Below, piece by piece: positions 1-7,752 of a stretch of DNA of 8,435 nt. Under the pieces are notes generated by a model. That model worked only from the letters and a program-made list of their open reading frames with translations, did not search any database and was not told the DNA's origin. The stretch covers positions 1-8,435 of the forward strand of contig NZ_JAEDAM010000040.1 in assembly GCF_018420025.1 (NCBI RefSeq), in the 5' to 3' direction. Position numbers and translations under genes: made by a program. How positions within the stretch are numbered: the stretch's first letter is position 1; each line of letters opens with the position of its first letter. Source of the DNA: Candidatus Vampirococcus lugosii. Its GTDB lineage: Bacteria > Patescibacteriota > Gracilibacteria > Absconditabacterales > Absconditicoccaceae.

Positions 1-43
1 CAGTTTTTTCTCTTAACTCTATTTCTTTTATTTTTTCTATCAT
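1..43 (-). CDS. 5' end of an unidentified gene that runs off the left edge
   Basis: Minus-strand ATG at 43-41, then an open frame to the window edge (MIEKIKEIELREKT...). It lies about 28 nt downstream of the promoter-like -10 inside the left repeat copy. Only 14 codons are visible, so no family can be assigned. Confidence 0.25.
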   Translation of the reverse strand, partial: MIEKIKEIELREKT

Positions 44-53
44 AATATTTTCA

Positions 54-809
54 TTATTTATAAATATATATATATATATTATAACTATTCTTACTAAAAA
101 AGCAAAATATTTTTAGTATAAATACATTTCAATCATAAATAACATTAATCTCATCTTGTGAAATATTTTGCATATGTGCAGATATAGCATATTGACAAAT
201 AATTTTAGGATCTTCAAATTTATCAACAAAAATTAAATCAAAATTATTTTTTATAATATGATAATGTTCTTCAAAAAGACCTAGATCAAATATTGTAAAC
301 AAAAAGTTTTCTATTTCATTAGAACTTAAACTATCAAATCAAAAATTTATTAAATCGTTAACAATTTCAACTAATAATTCATTATTATCTATATTTTGCT
401 CATTATCTATATTTTCCAAATAAGAATAAAATACAAATAATATTATTTTACTATAAGATGCATTTTTATCTATCAATATATTTAATATAGAATTATATCA
501 AATTCATTTAATTTTATCAATTTTAAATTTATATTTTAAATCATCAAAAAACATCTCTACATATTCAAAATAAGATTTTGGATATGAATTAGAAATATAT
601 TGAATATCTTCTTCAGTCAAAGAAGAGAATTTTTCATCAAGTTTATTTATATTCCAATTACTAGCTAGTTTTTCACTTCATTCCAAACTTCAACATAATT
701 TCATTTTTATTTTGGAAGAAATTTCTGAATATCTTCTAAATTTTTCTTGTACATCATTTCATTCAAAATCCATAATTTTCTCATCTAAATAGTTAGAATT
801 ATCTTTCAT
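54..809 (-). CDS. hypothetical protein (251 aa under table 25)
   Basis: Minus-strand ATG at 809-807, open with TGA=Gly to TAA at 56-54. I count 7 in-frame TGA (e.g. 761-759, 131-129). Translation: MKDNSNYLDEKIMDFEGNDVQEKFRRYSEISSKIK...QDEINVIYDGNVFILKIFCFFSKNSYNIYIYIYK. The composition is acidic and helix-like, with no motif I recognise. The last ~22 codons run through the left repeat copy and the (AT)8 tract, so the true 3' end is uncertain. Confidence 0.6.
59..120. repeat. left copy of a 62-bp inverted repeat (partner at 7726-7787)
   Basis: The reverse complement of 59-120 equals 7726-7787 at 61 of 62 positions; the only mismatch is 103 (c) against 7743 (a). It contains (AT)8 at 64-79 and a 9-bp hairpin (92-100 pairs with 110-118). 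Confidence 0.9.
78..105 (-). promoter_or_regulatory. promoter-like element inside the left repeat (-35 TTGCTT, 16-nt spacer, -10 TATAAT)
   Basis: On the minus strand, TTGCTT at 105-100, a 16-nt spacer, then TATAAT at 83-78. It faces the ATG at 43. AT-rich background makes false positives likely. Confidence 0.35.
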
Positions 810-844
810 AATTATATTAAACATTAAAATATTAAATAAATTCT

Positions 845-872
845 TGTATATTGAAATAAAAGTAATTGTCAA
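845..872 (-). promoter_or_regulatory. candidate sigma70-type promoter for the 54-809 gene
   Basis: On the minus strand, TTGACA at 872-867, a 16-nt spacer, then TATACA at 850-845, about 36 nt upstream of the ATG at 809. Confidence 0.3.
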
Positions 873-928
873 TATATAATAATTATATTTTTATATAAAT
901 AAATTAGAGAAAATTTGGAAAATTTTTC

Positions 929-979
929 AAATAAAAAATTAAGAGATAAAACAGTTATACTATATTAATCTCTTAATTT
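929..979 (-). terminator. intrinsic terminator downstream of ybaB
   Basis: Perfect 12-bp stem (936-947 aaattaagagat pairs with 968-979 atctcttaattt) with a 20-nt loop. On the minus strand the 3' arm runs into TTTTTTATTT. It lies 73 nt past the ybaB stop and before the next promoter candidate. The stem is AT-rich, with only 2 G:C pairs. Confidence 0.5.
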
Positions 980-1051
980 AAAAAAAACAATAAAGAACTT
1001 ATATTACATATAAACTAAAAATTATAAGATTGATTCAAAATGCAATATCTT

Positions 1052-1402
1052 TTACATACCAGGAATACTTGGCATAGATCATCAAGCTCATCCTCATCAC
1101 ATCATATTTGCCAAATCATTTGGATCAAAACCAAGTATTTCTTTAGTTTTTTGCATAGCAACTTCTTGTGCTTTTGTTTGACCTTTTTCAATAGCAGCTT
1201 TGATAGCATTTTCTATATCTTCTTTTCTAGATGGATCAAGCAATGTTTCATCTTCAATTTTAACATCTTTAACTTTCATTTCAGCAGTTATATCAATCAG
1301 AACTCAACTTTCCCTAGCTCTAATTATAGTATTTTTCATAACTTCTTGCAATTTTTTATACTTATGATACATTTGTGTCATATCTCACATATTTCAAAAC
1401 AT
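1052..1402 (-). CDS. ybaB: YbaB/EbfC-family nucleoid-associated DNA-binding protein (116 aa)
   Basis: Minus-strand ATG 1402-1400 to TAA 1054-1052 with TGA=Gly. Translation: MFGNMGDMTQMYHKYKKLQEVMK...GVLIDITAEMKVKDVKIEDETLLDPSRKEDIENAIKAAIEKGQTKAQE...NMMGGGGAGGSMPSIPGM. The N-terminal MFG..G.M, the LLD...E.IE.AI.AA core and the Gly/Pro/Met tail fit the YbaB pattern. Five tail glycines are TGA (1079-1099). The standard-code track shows only 60 aa of this gene. Confidence 0.9.
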
Positions 1403-1434
1403 TTTATATTTTTTATATTAAATTTTAAAATAAA

Positions 1435-2643
1435 TTATTTATTATTTTCATTATTAGAATTCAAAAATTCATAAAGCTTTTTCTCAGCAACAAATGGAGT
1501 TTCCCAATTTATATCTTTATCAATATCAAAATATTGAGAGACATATTTCAATATAAAGAATTTAGATAAACTATTTTCAGAAATATTTCTAACATCTTCT
1601 TTCATTTTATTAAGATCTTCTTCAGATAATTTTTCTAAATAATTTTTCATAGCTGTTTCTCAACCTAATCTTTTTTCAAAAGCTTTCATTCTAGCTTTTT
1701 CTTCTTCTTGTATTAATGTTTTAGGAATAGTAATACTTAAAGAATCACTTATATCTTTTATATATTTATCAGTAGTATCCAATAATTTCTTTTCAAATTT
1801 TTGACCTTTAATAGTTTCAGTAATTTTTTCTTTTAATTCAGCAAGATCTTTAACTTCTCATTTAAAAATTTCTTGTATTGTTTCATCATTAATTTCTGGT
1901 AAAACAACAATTTTAATATCAACTACAGTAAAAGATATTTTTGATGGCAAATTTTCATCTTTTTTGTAAGTCATAATATGAGGAAAAGAATTATGTTCAT
2001 AATCTAATTCAAAAGTTTCTCATATTTTTTTTCATATAAAATTTTTCTCTATAATTGAATGTTCTTTAATATCTTCTCTTCCAACAAACATTGTTGAACT
2101 ATCAAGAATATCTCACTTATCATCAACAAAATCAATTTTTATTTTGGCTACAGTATCTTGTGTTACAACTTCAGCATCTTCATATTTAGCATATTGTCTC
2201 ATTAAATTATTTATAGTTTCATTAATTTCTTCTTCACTAACTTCAATTAATATATCATCCATTTTTATTTGAGTCCAATTTTTGTTATTTTCTACAACTT
2301 CTGGATAATAATCTAATTTAAAAGAGCATTCAAAACTTCAATCATTAGTTTTTTGATTGAAATCATATATTTGTCATATAAATTTTATTTCTTTATTTTC
2401 ATCCAAAACCTTATTTAGAGAATTATATACAACCTCTTCATATATTCACATATTAACATATCAAGGATCTAATTTTTTTTCTATAAGTCAAATTGGAGCA
2501 TTTCATTTTCTAAAACCTGGAACTTCTATATCTTTTCATAATTTCTTAAGAACTTTTTCTTTATATTCTCACATATTTGCCAAATCTTCAGTAACAACAA
2601 TTTCATAATTACATTTAACTCATTTATTAAGTTTATAATTCAT
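1435..2643 (-). CDS. tig: trigger factor (ribosome-associated chaperone), 402 aa
   Basis: Minus-strand ATG 2643-2641 to TAA 1437-1435 with TGA=Gly. The ribosome-binding signature GFRxGxxP is present as VPGFRKGNAPIGLIEKK, and its second Gly is the TGA at 2505-2503. The C-terminal arm ...ITIPKTLIQEEEKARMKAFEKRLGGETAMKNYL... is typical of trigger factor. The standard-code track shows only the last 71 aa (1435-1650). Confidence 0.9.
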
Positions 2644-2681
2644 ATACAGATTATTTTATTTATATAAAAATATATTGTTTT

Positions 2682-2709
2682 AATATAAAGATAATATAAA
2701 TATTTTCAA
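2682..2709 (-). promoter_or_regulatory. candidate promoter for tig
   Basis: On the minus strand, TTGAAA at 2709-2704, a 16-nt spacer, then TATATT at 2687-2682, about 40 nt upstream of the tig ATG. Weak call in AT-rich DNA. Confidence 0.3.
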
Positions 2710-2815
2710 GAGAAAATTTTGTTTAATGTAATTACTGTTCTACATTATTTTTTTGAAAGAAAAATTTATAGATACAAATCTACTCTTATCAATAAATATA
2801 AATAATTTTTTAAAA

Positions 2816-4198
2816 TTAATATCTATAATATTGCCATTGAGCTGGAATTCATGTATTACTATAATCATTTAGATTATCTATAATTCATCAAAAATCATCT
2901 TGAATAATAATATTATAAAGTCTAATTTCTCTTGCTCATTTAGGATTTCATACATTTTCCAACTCCAAAACGAATTTAGCAGTAGTATTTCAACTTATAT
3001 AATTAATAAAATCTCAATTATTATTTATTTTCAAATATCTATTATCTTCAATATCTACAAGAGATGCACTACCATAAAGTTCATTATTATATTTAAGTAA
3101 AAATTTAGTATTTTTATTTGCCGTATTCAAAAAATTTCATGCTAGTTCAAAAACAAAACTATTCATAGTTAATCTATTTGCTCAAACAGCAATTTGAAAA
3201 GCATAAGATTTATAATAAGAAGTTTCAAAATCTTCATCAAAATTAATTCAAGGTCTAGATTTTAAAATTAATTTTTTCTTTGTACTGGAATAATCTGACT
3301 GAATATTCATAGGATTTCAATTTGAAAAAGAATATACTAATAATCAATTCTTTACAGAATCAATAGCATCCGTAGGATTATTTCAAATAGCAAATTCAAG
3401 TTCTCATATATGATTTTGATTTATAACTTCATTAAATTGAAAATATACATCAAGTTTCATAAATTCATTTCTTGGCAAGAAAAATCAATTTCATCAAATA
3501 TCAAAATTTATAAAATTTTGATCAACATATCAATTAGTAATTTTTTTTCAATCATATAGCAAAATTGCATCATTTATTAAATAATTTAAATCTAAATCAT
3601 CTCAAATATTTTCTAAATATAATTTCTTTAACAATCAAGAATCAAAATTTGCTTCCAAATTTAAAGAAAAAATATTTTCATAATCAGTAAAATCAAATTC
3701 TAAATATTGTTCATTTTCATTTATTTGTGTATCATTTTCATAGTTTTTTCAATCATTATTTTTAATTTTTTCTTCACTTTCAATTTTTTCCTCAATTTTA
3801 TTTTCTTCTATATCATTATTTTCAATTTTTTCTTCATTTTCAATTTTTTCCTCAATTTTATTTTCTCCTATATCATTATTTTCAATTTTTTCTTCATTTT
3901 TATTTTTTTCCTCAATTTTATTTTCTTTTCTATCTTGTATATCTTTAATATATTCATTTGTAAATTCTGATATTTTATTTAGTATTGTATATATTCTTTT
4001 ATTTTCTTCAAAATCTGTTAATATTTTTTCAATATTATTTAATACAAGATAAGTTTTAAATTCTTGATTTTTATATACATTTTCCAAATTTTGCAAAAAA
4101 TTATCAAGAGTTTTTTGATCTTCATTATTTAAAGTAAATCAAATCACAGTTCAAAAAGAAAAAACAATAAAGAAAAAAAATGTTAAAATAAATTTCAT
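2816..4198 (-). CDS. secreted or membrane-anchored repeat protein: N-terminal signal/anchor, acidic 20-aa tandem repeats, Gly/Asn/aromatic-rich C-terminal region (460 aa)
   Basis: Minus-strand ATG 4198-4196 to TAA 2818-2816. I checked every codon and found no TAA/TAG, but many in-frame TGA. The N-terminus MKFILTFFFFIVFSFGTVIGFTLNNEDQ is signal-peptide-like. The middle is about 3 copies of KIEEKIENEEKIENNDIEEN. The C-terminal ~300 aa (...GGNGFFLPRNEFMKLDVYFQF...NGLLVYSFSNGNPMNIQ...YAFQIAVGANRLTMNSFVFELAGNF...AKFVLELENVGNPKGAREIRLYNIIIQDDFGG...AQWQYYRY) looks beta-rich by composition. I recognise no family. Confidence 0.75.
3751..3934. repeat. 60-bp tandem repeat, about 3 copies, in frame within the 2816-4198 CDS
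   Basis: Units 3771-3830 and 3831-3890 differ at 2 of 60 positions (3777, 3867). A partial diverged unit lies at 3891-3934 and a partial leading unit at 3751-3770. The tract encodes the 20-aa EEKIEN-type repeats. Confidence 0.9.
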
Positions 4199-4341
4199 TG
4201 AATAATAAGATTAATAATTTAAATATATAACTTCATATACGAAATAAATAAAATAATGCAACAAGAATTTTTAGATTTTTCAACAAAATTAGTAGATATT
4301 TTTATAAAAAACAAAAAATCTTTAAATTACTTAATAATAAA

Positions 4342-4370
4342 TTGACAAATTAAATATAATTATATATAAT
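4342..4370 (+). promoter_or_regulatory. consensus sigma70-type promoter for the 4405-5634 gene
   Basis: Exact TTGACA (4342-4347), a 17-nt spacer, then exact TATAAT (4365-4370). The predicted start is near 4377, 28 nt upstream of the ATG at 4405. Confidence 0.6.
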
Positions 4371-4404
4371 ATATGGTAGTTTAATTAATTTAATTTTTGT
4401 GTTA

Positions 4405-5634
4405 ATGTTAAAAGATTTGTATAATTCTTATGTAAATAAAGATTGCAATAAAATGAAAGATCTTTTAATTTCTTTGGAAAAACAAGATCCTGATAGTCCA
4501 TATCTAAAAAAATATAAACAAATGTATCAAAATATTTGTAAAGATTGACAGAATTTACAAAAAGAATGAAAAATGAAAATATGATGAAAAGCTATACAAT
4601 GTACAAATTGTTTAAATTATTTGAGAACAAATAAAAATGTAAAAAAAATTTATCAAAATTATAAAAACTGAAAAACTAAACAACTTGAATTTAATTGTGA
4701 AAATTGCTGAATAAAATTCGTTTGGCAACAACATAATATAAAATCAATTTTTCTTGAAAATGTTTGAATATGAAAAAAAATAAATATAGAAAATAAAAAT
4801 TATACTATATCTTCTATTATAAGATATAAATGACGAGAAAAGAAAAAACATTTAATAAATTTGGAATACAATGAATACTTGCTTATAGATAATTCTTTAA
4901 ATAGATATTATCTTTTTGAGATAGAAAAAAATTTTAGTTCAGGATTTAAAGAATATAAAACAGAATTTAGTCGAGAAATTACTCCTCCTTTTTATATAAA
5001 AAAAATAAATTCTTCATATATAGAAAGCAATAAAGGAAATTTAAGTATATATAAAATACATGAAGTTGATGTAAAAAAAATTAATTGAAAAAATTTAAAA
5101 TCATATTTTGCTTGAAAAAAGATTATCTTGTATTATTTTTCTTTTTCTTGAAAAAATTATATTCTTGAAAAAGAGCTTTATTGAGAACAAAAAAAAATTT
5201 GAATTTATCAAATGGAAAATATAAATTTAGGTAAAAATAAAAAATTTTATGAAGATGAATGATTAAATTTATTTTATAATAAATTAATTGCTACCAATAT
5301 AATAAATGAAAAAAATTCATTTATATTTTTTATAATTATACTAATAACTTATGTAGGTATTGAAAAGATAAAAGAAGAAATACTACGAATAGCATGAGAT
5401 TATATAATAATATGATTTTGACCAAAAATAATTATATTGTTAATATTAATAATATTAATAATATTAATTTTTCATAAATATATATCAAAAAAGTTATATA
5501 AAATAAAATCATATGAACAAAAATTTATAATAAACTCTTTTGCAATATCATATTATGCAATAATATATTTTATATTACCAACACTTATAATTTTTTTAAT
5601 TATATATTTTTTGAAATCAATAATCTTTACATAA
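4405..5634 (+). CDS. zinc-ribbon protein with three C-terminal transmembrane helices and a possible DUF4178-like central region (409 aa)
   Basis: ATG 4405 (alternative GTG 4399) to TAA 5632-5634. I checked all codons: no TAA/TAG, many TGA. A CxxC...CxxC pair is present (IQCTNCLNYL at 4600-4611 and EFNCENCGIKF at 4696-4707). The central block VGIGKKINIENKNYTISSIIRYKG...LEYNEYLLIDNSLNRYYLFEIEKNF recalls DUF4178. Hydrophobic helices lie at about 5317-5361, 5401-5472 and 5524-5613. The standard-code track shows only two fragments (4861-5088 and 5437-5634). Confidence 0.75.
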
Positions 5635-5664
5635 GATATTAATATATAAAAAACAAATTTTTAT

Positions 5665-5692
5665 TTGAAAAATATTAATATATGTGTATATA
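5665..5692 (+). promoter_or_regulatory. candidate promoter for recX
   Basis: TTGAAA (5665-5670), a 16-nt spacer, then TATATA (5687-5692), about 35 nt upstream of the ATG at 5727. Confidence 0.3.
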
Positions 5693-5726
5693 CAATACAC
5701 TATTTAATTAATTTAATAAAATATTT

Positions 5727-6155
5727 ATGAAAAAAAAATGTATAGATTATGCAATGGATTATATTTACAAATTTCCTAAAACAGAATCACAACTTAAAAC
5801 TCAATTATTTAAAAAATGATATAATGATAAAGAAATAGAAATAACAATAAAATTACTTAAATCTAAAAATTATCTAAATGATAAAAATTATTGCGAAATT
5901 TATTTCAATTCAGAATGTGTAAAAAAATGAAAAGCATCTTATATAATAAAAAATAAATTAATTCAAAAATGAATAGATAAATCTATAGTTCAAGAAGTTT
6001 ATACAAATATGGAAAACGATATTTCCAAATGAATTAAAAAATGAATAATTAAAGAAATAGAAAAATATAAAAGTAAATGATTTGAATGATTTGATATAAT
6101 AAGAAAACTATGAGCTAGAGGTTATTCAATGGATGAAATCAAAACAGCTATATAA
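5727..6155 (+). CDS. recX: RecX-family regulatory protein (142 aa)
   Basis: ATG 5727 to TAA 6153-6155 with TGA=Gly. Translation: MKKKCIDYAMDYIYKFPKTESQLKTQLFKKGYNDKEIEITIKLLKSKNYLNDKNYCEIYFNSECVKKGKASYIIKNKLIQKGIDKSIVQEVY...KLGARGYSMDEIKTAI. It shows the repeated helical RecX pattern (L..KG(Y/I)....I......YLND..(Y/F)). The KG glycines are TGA (5817, 5928, 5970). This gene is entirely absent from the standard-code ORF track. Confidence 0.85.
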
Positions 6156-6156
6156 A

Positions 6157-6801
6157 TTAATTAATTTTAAATATATGTTTAAATATAAATTCTTGTAATT
6201 TAATCAATGGATTGTAGATAAATCTTTTGAAAAAATTAAATATTTTTGTATTTATCAAAACAAATGGAAGTAAAATTCAAAGAAAAAATCAAGCAATAAT
6301 ATCTGTAGGCCAATGAATACCTCAAGCTATTCTACTAAATCACATAACAAATGCAAATATAAAAAGTAAAAAAGAAATATTTATAAAAAATTTATTTTTT
6401 CTTTTAATTCACCATAATAAACTACTTGTTGCTATAGCTATACTTAAAGTCATATGATCTGATGGGAAACTTATATCTGGAAGATGTTCCAATATTAAAT
6501 TTTTTTTGGAAGAAATATGATCTTCAGGTCTATCTTTAATTACAAAAAATTGAAACATTTGACTTACAAACATAGAACTAACACCAGAAAAAAATATATA
6601 CAAAGATGCATATTTATAATTTATATCTTTATTAAATATTCAATAAATATATAAATATATTAAATATAGTGGATAAGTAAATACAAAAATATCAGCAGTA
6701 ATAGGAATAGTTTTTGATAAAAATTCATTTTTATCTACAAAATCATTTGCAAATTGTAAAAATTTTTTTCACCATTCTGGCTCAGTTAATTTTAAAAACA
6801 T
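6157..6801 (-). CDS. PAP2-superfamily membrane phosphatase, possibly an undecaprenyl-diphosphate/lipid phosphatase (214 aa)
   Basis: Minus-strand ATG 6801-6799 to TAA 6159-6157. PAP2 motifs are present: a C1-like ...VIKDRP; C2 (PSGH-type) as SFPSDH; and C3 (SR-x5-H-x3-D) as SRIAGGIHWPTD, with one Gly encoded by the TGA at 6324-6322. Several hydrophobic helices are present. Confidence 0.85.
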
Positions 6802-6954
6802 TATATAAATTTATTTATTAAATTTTAAATAATTTATATTTATATATTTTATTGATTTTTGCAACTTAAAATATATAGAAATTATTTATTTGAAATAAAA
6901 TAATAAATCATTATATATAATATATATTTAATTAGTTAAAAAAATTATACTTTA

Positions 6955-7752
6955 ATGGAAAATATAAGTTTATTAAATTATTTACAAAAAACTAAAGCAG
7001 TATCAAGAAGAGATTTTGTAGATATGATAAAAGAAGAAGCTGTATTTATTAATAATGAATTAGTATTAGATATAAATAAAAAAGTAAATATATGAGATAT
7101 ACTTACAGTAAAAATTTCTGAAAAAGAAGTATATGAAGAAAAAATAACAAAAATACCTAGTTTCAAACCTGTAATAGTAGCATTTAATAAACCAAAATGA
7201 TATGTAGTTTCCAAAAATGATAAACATAATAAAACTATATATTCATTATTACCAAAAAGTTGGCATAAAGATTTTTATTATATAGGTAGATTAGATAAAG
7301 AAAGTCATTGATTATTGTTATTAACAAATTCACCTCATCTTGTAGATTTTTATGAAAATCCAAAAAATAAAATAATAAAAATTTATGAAGTAAAAATAAA
7401 TAAACAATTAAAAACTAATCATATTAGCAAATTAAAAAAATGAAATATGCTTGATAAAGATTGAAATATTGATAATAAAAATTGAGAATTATTATCTTTT
7501 TATGATATACATAAAATAAAAGATAAGTATGATAATGAATTTTTGAGAATACTTCTTAAAGAATGAAAAAATCGTCATATAAGAAGATTATTAAAATCTG
7601 TTTGATATGAAGTAACTGATCTTAAAAGAGTAAAAGTTGGAAAATATGAACTATGAAACATAAAATTATGAAAATATATGATTCATAAATCAAAAGATAC
7701 TAAAAAAACTTATTGAAAAAAAGAATATACTAAAAATATTTTACTTTTTTAG
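6955..7752 (+). CDS. S4-domain RsuA/RluB-family rRNA pseudouridine synthase (265 aa)
   Basis: ATG 6955 to TAG 7750-7752; I checked every codon. It has an N-terminal S4-like region (LNYLQKTKAVSRRDFVDMIKEEAVFINNELV). NKPKGYVVS has its Gly as TGA at 7198. The catalytic motif YYIGRLDKESHGLLLLTN has a Gly as TGA at 7309. LKEGKNRHIRRLL has a Gly as TGA at 7564. The C-terminus reads GYEVTDLKRVKVGKYELGNIKLGKY. Confidence 0.9.

Noticed and set aside
1040-1474. The longest ORF in the supplied track (144 aa, plus strand), and similar F/I/L/S-rich ORFs at 2357-2608 (+), 2900-3100 (+), 3707-3970 (+) and 6978-7214 (-).
   Set aside because: All lie antisense to genes with clear family motifs (ybaB, tig, the repeat protein, the pseudouridine synthase). 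They have low-complexity composition typical of the reverse strand of AT-rich coding DNA. They exist only because the standard code fragments the true frames.
2724-2754. A hairpin (2724-2730 pairs with 2741-2747, 10-nt loop) followed by a T7 run on the plus strand, resembling an intrinsic terminator.
   Set aside because: No plus-strand gene ends upstream of it. On the minus strand, where the 2816-4198 gene does end, the stem is not followed by a T-tract. The stem is short and almost all A:T, so I did not call it.
3751-3934. Regularly spaced 60-bp repeats that could be mistaken for a CRISPR array.
   Set aside because: The units are directly adjacent with no unique spacers. They are in frame inside a long ORF and encode a 20-aa peptide repeat. 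No cas genes are nearby.
4256-4369. A small ORF in the divergent spacer (ATG 4256 to TAA 4367-4369, 37 aa under table 25: MQQEFLDFSTKLVDIFIKNKKSLNYLIINGQIKYNYI).
   Set aside because: It overlaps the consensus promoter for the downstream gene and has no recognisable features or upstream promoter of its own. An ORF of this length is expected by chance once TGA no longer terminates. It would merit another look only if conserved in relatives.
5646-5664. A 7-bp all-A:T hairpin (ataaaaa/tttttat) downstream of the 4405-5634 gene, as a possible terminator.
   Set aside because: An all-A:T stem of 7 bp is too unstable, and such symmetric A/T runs are expected by chance at this base composition.
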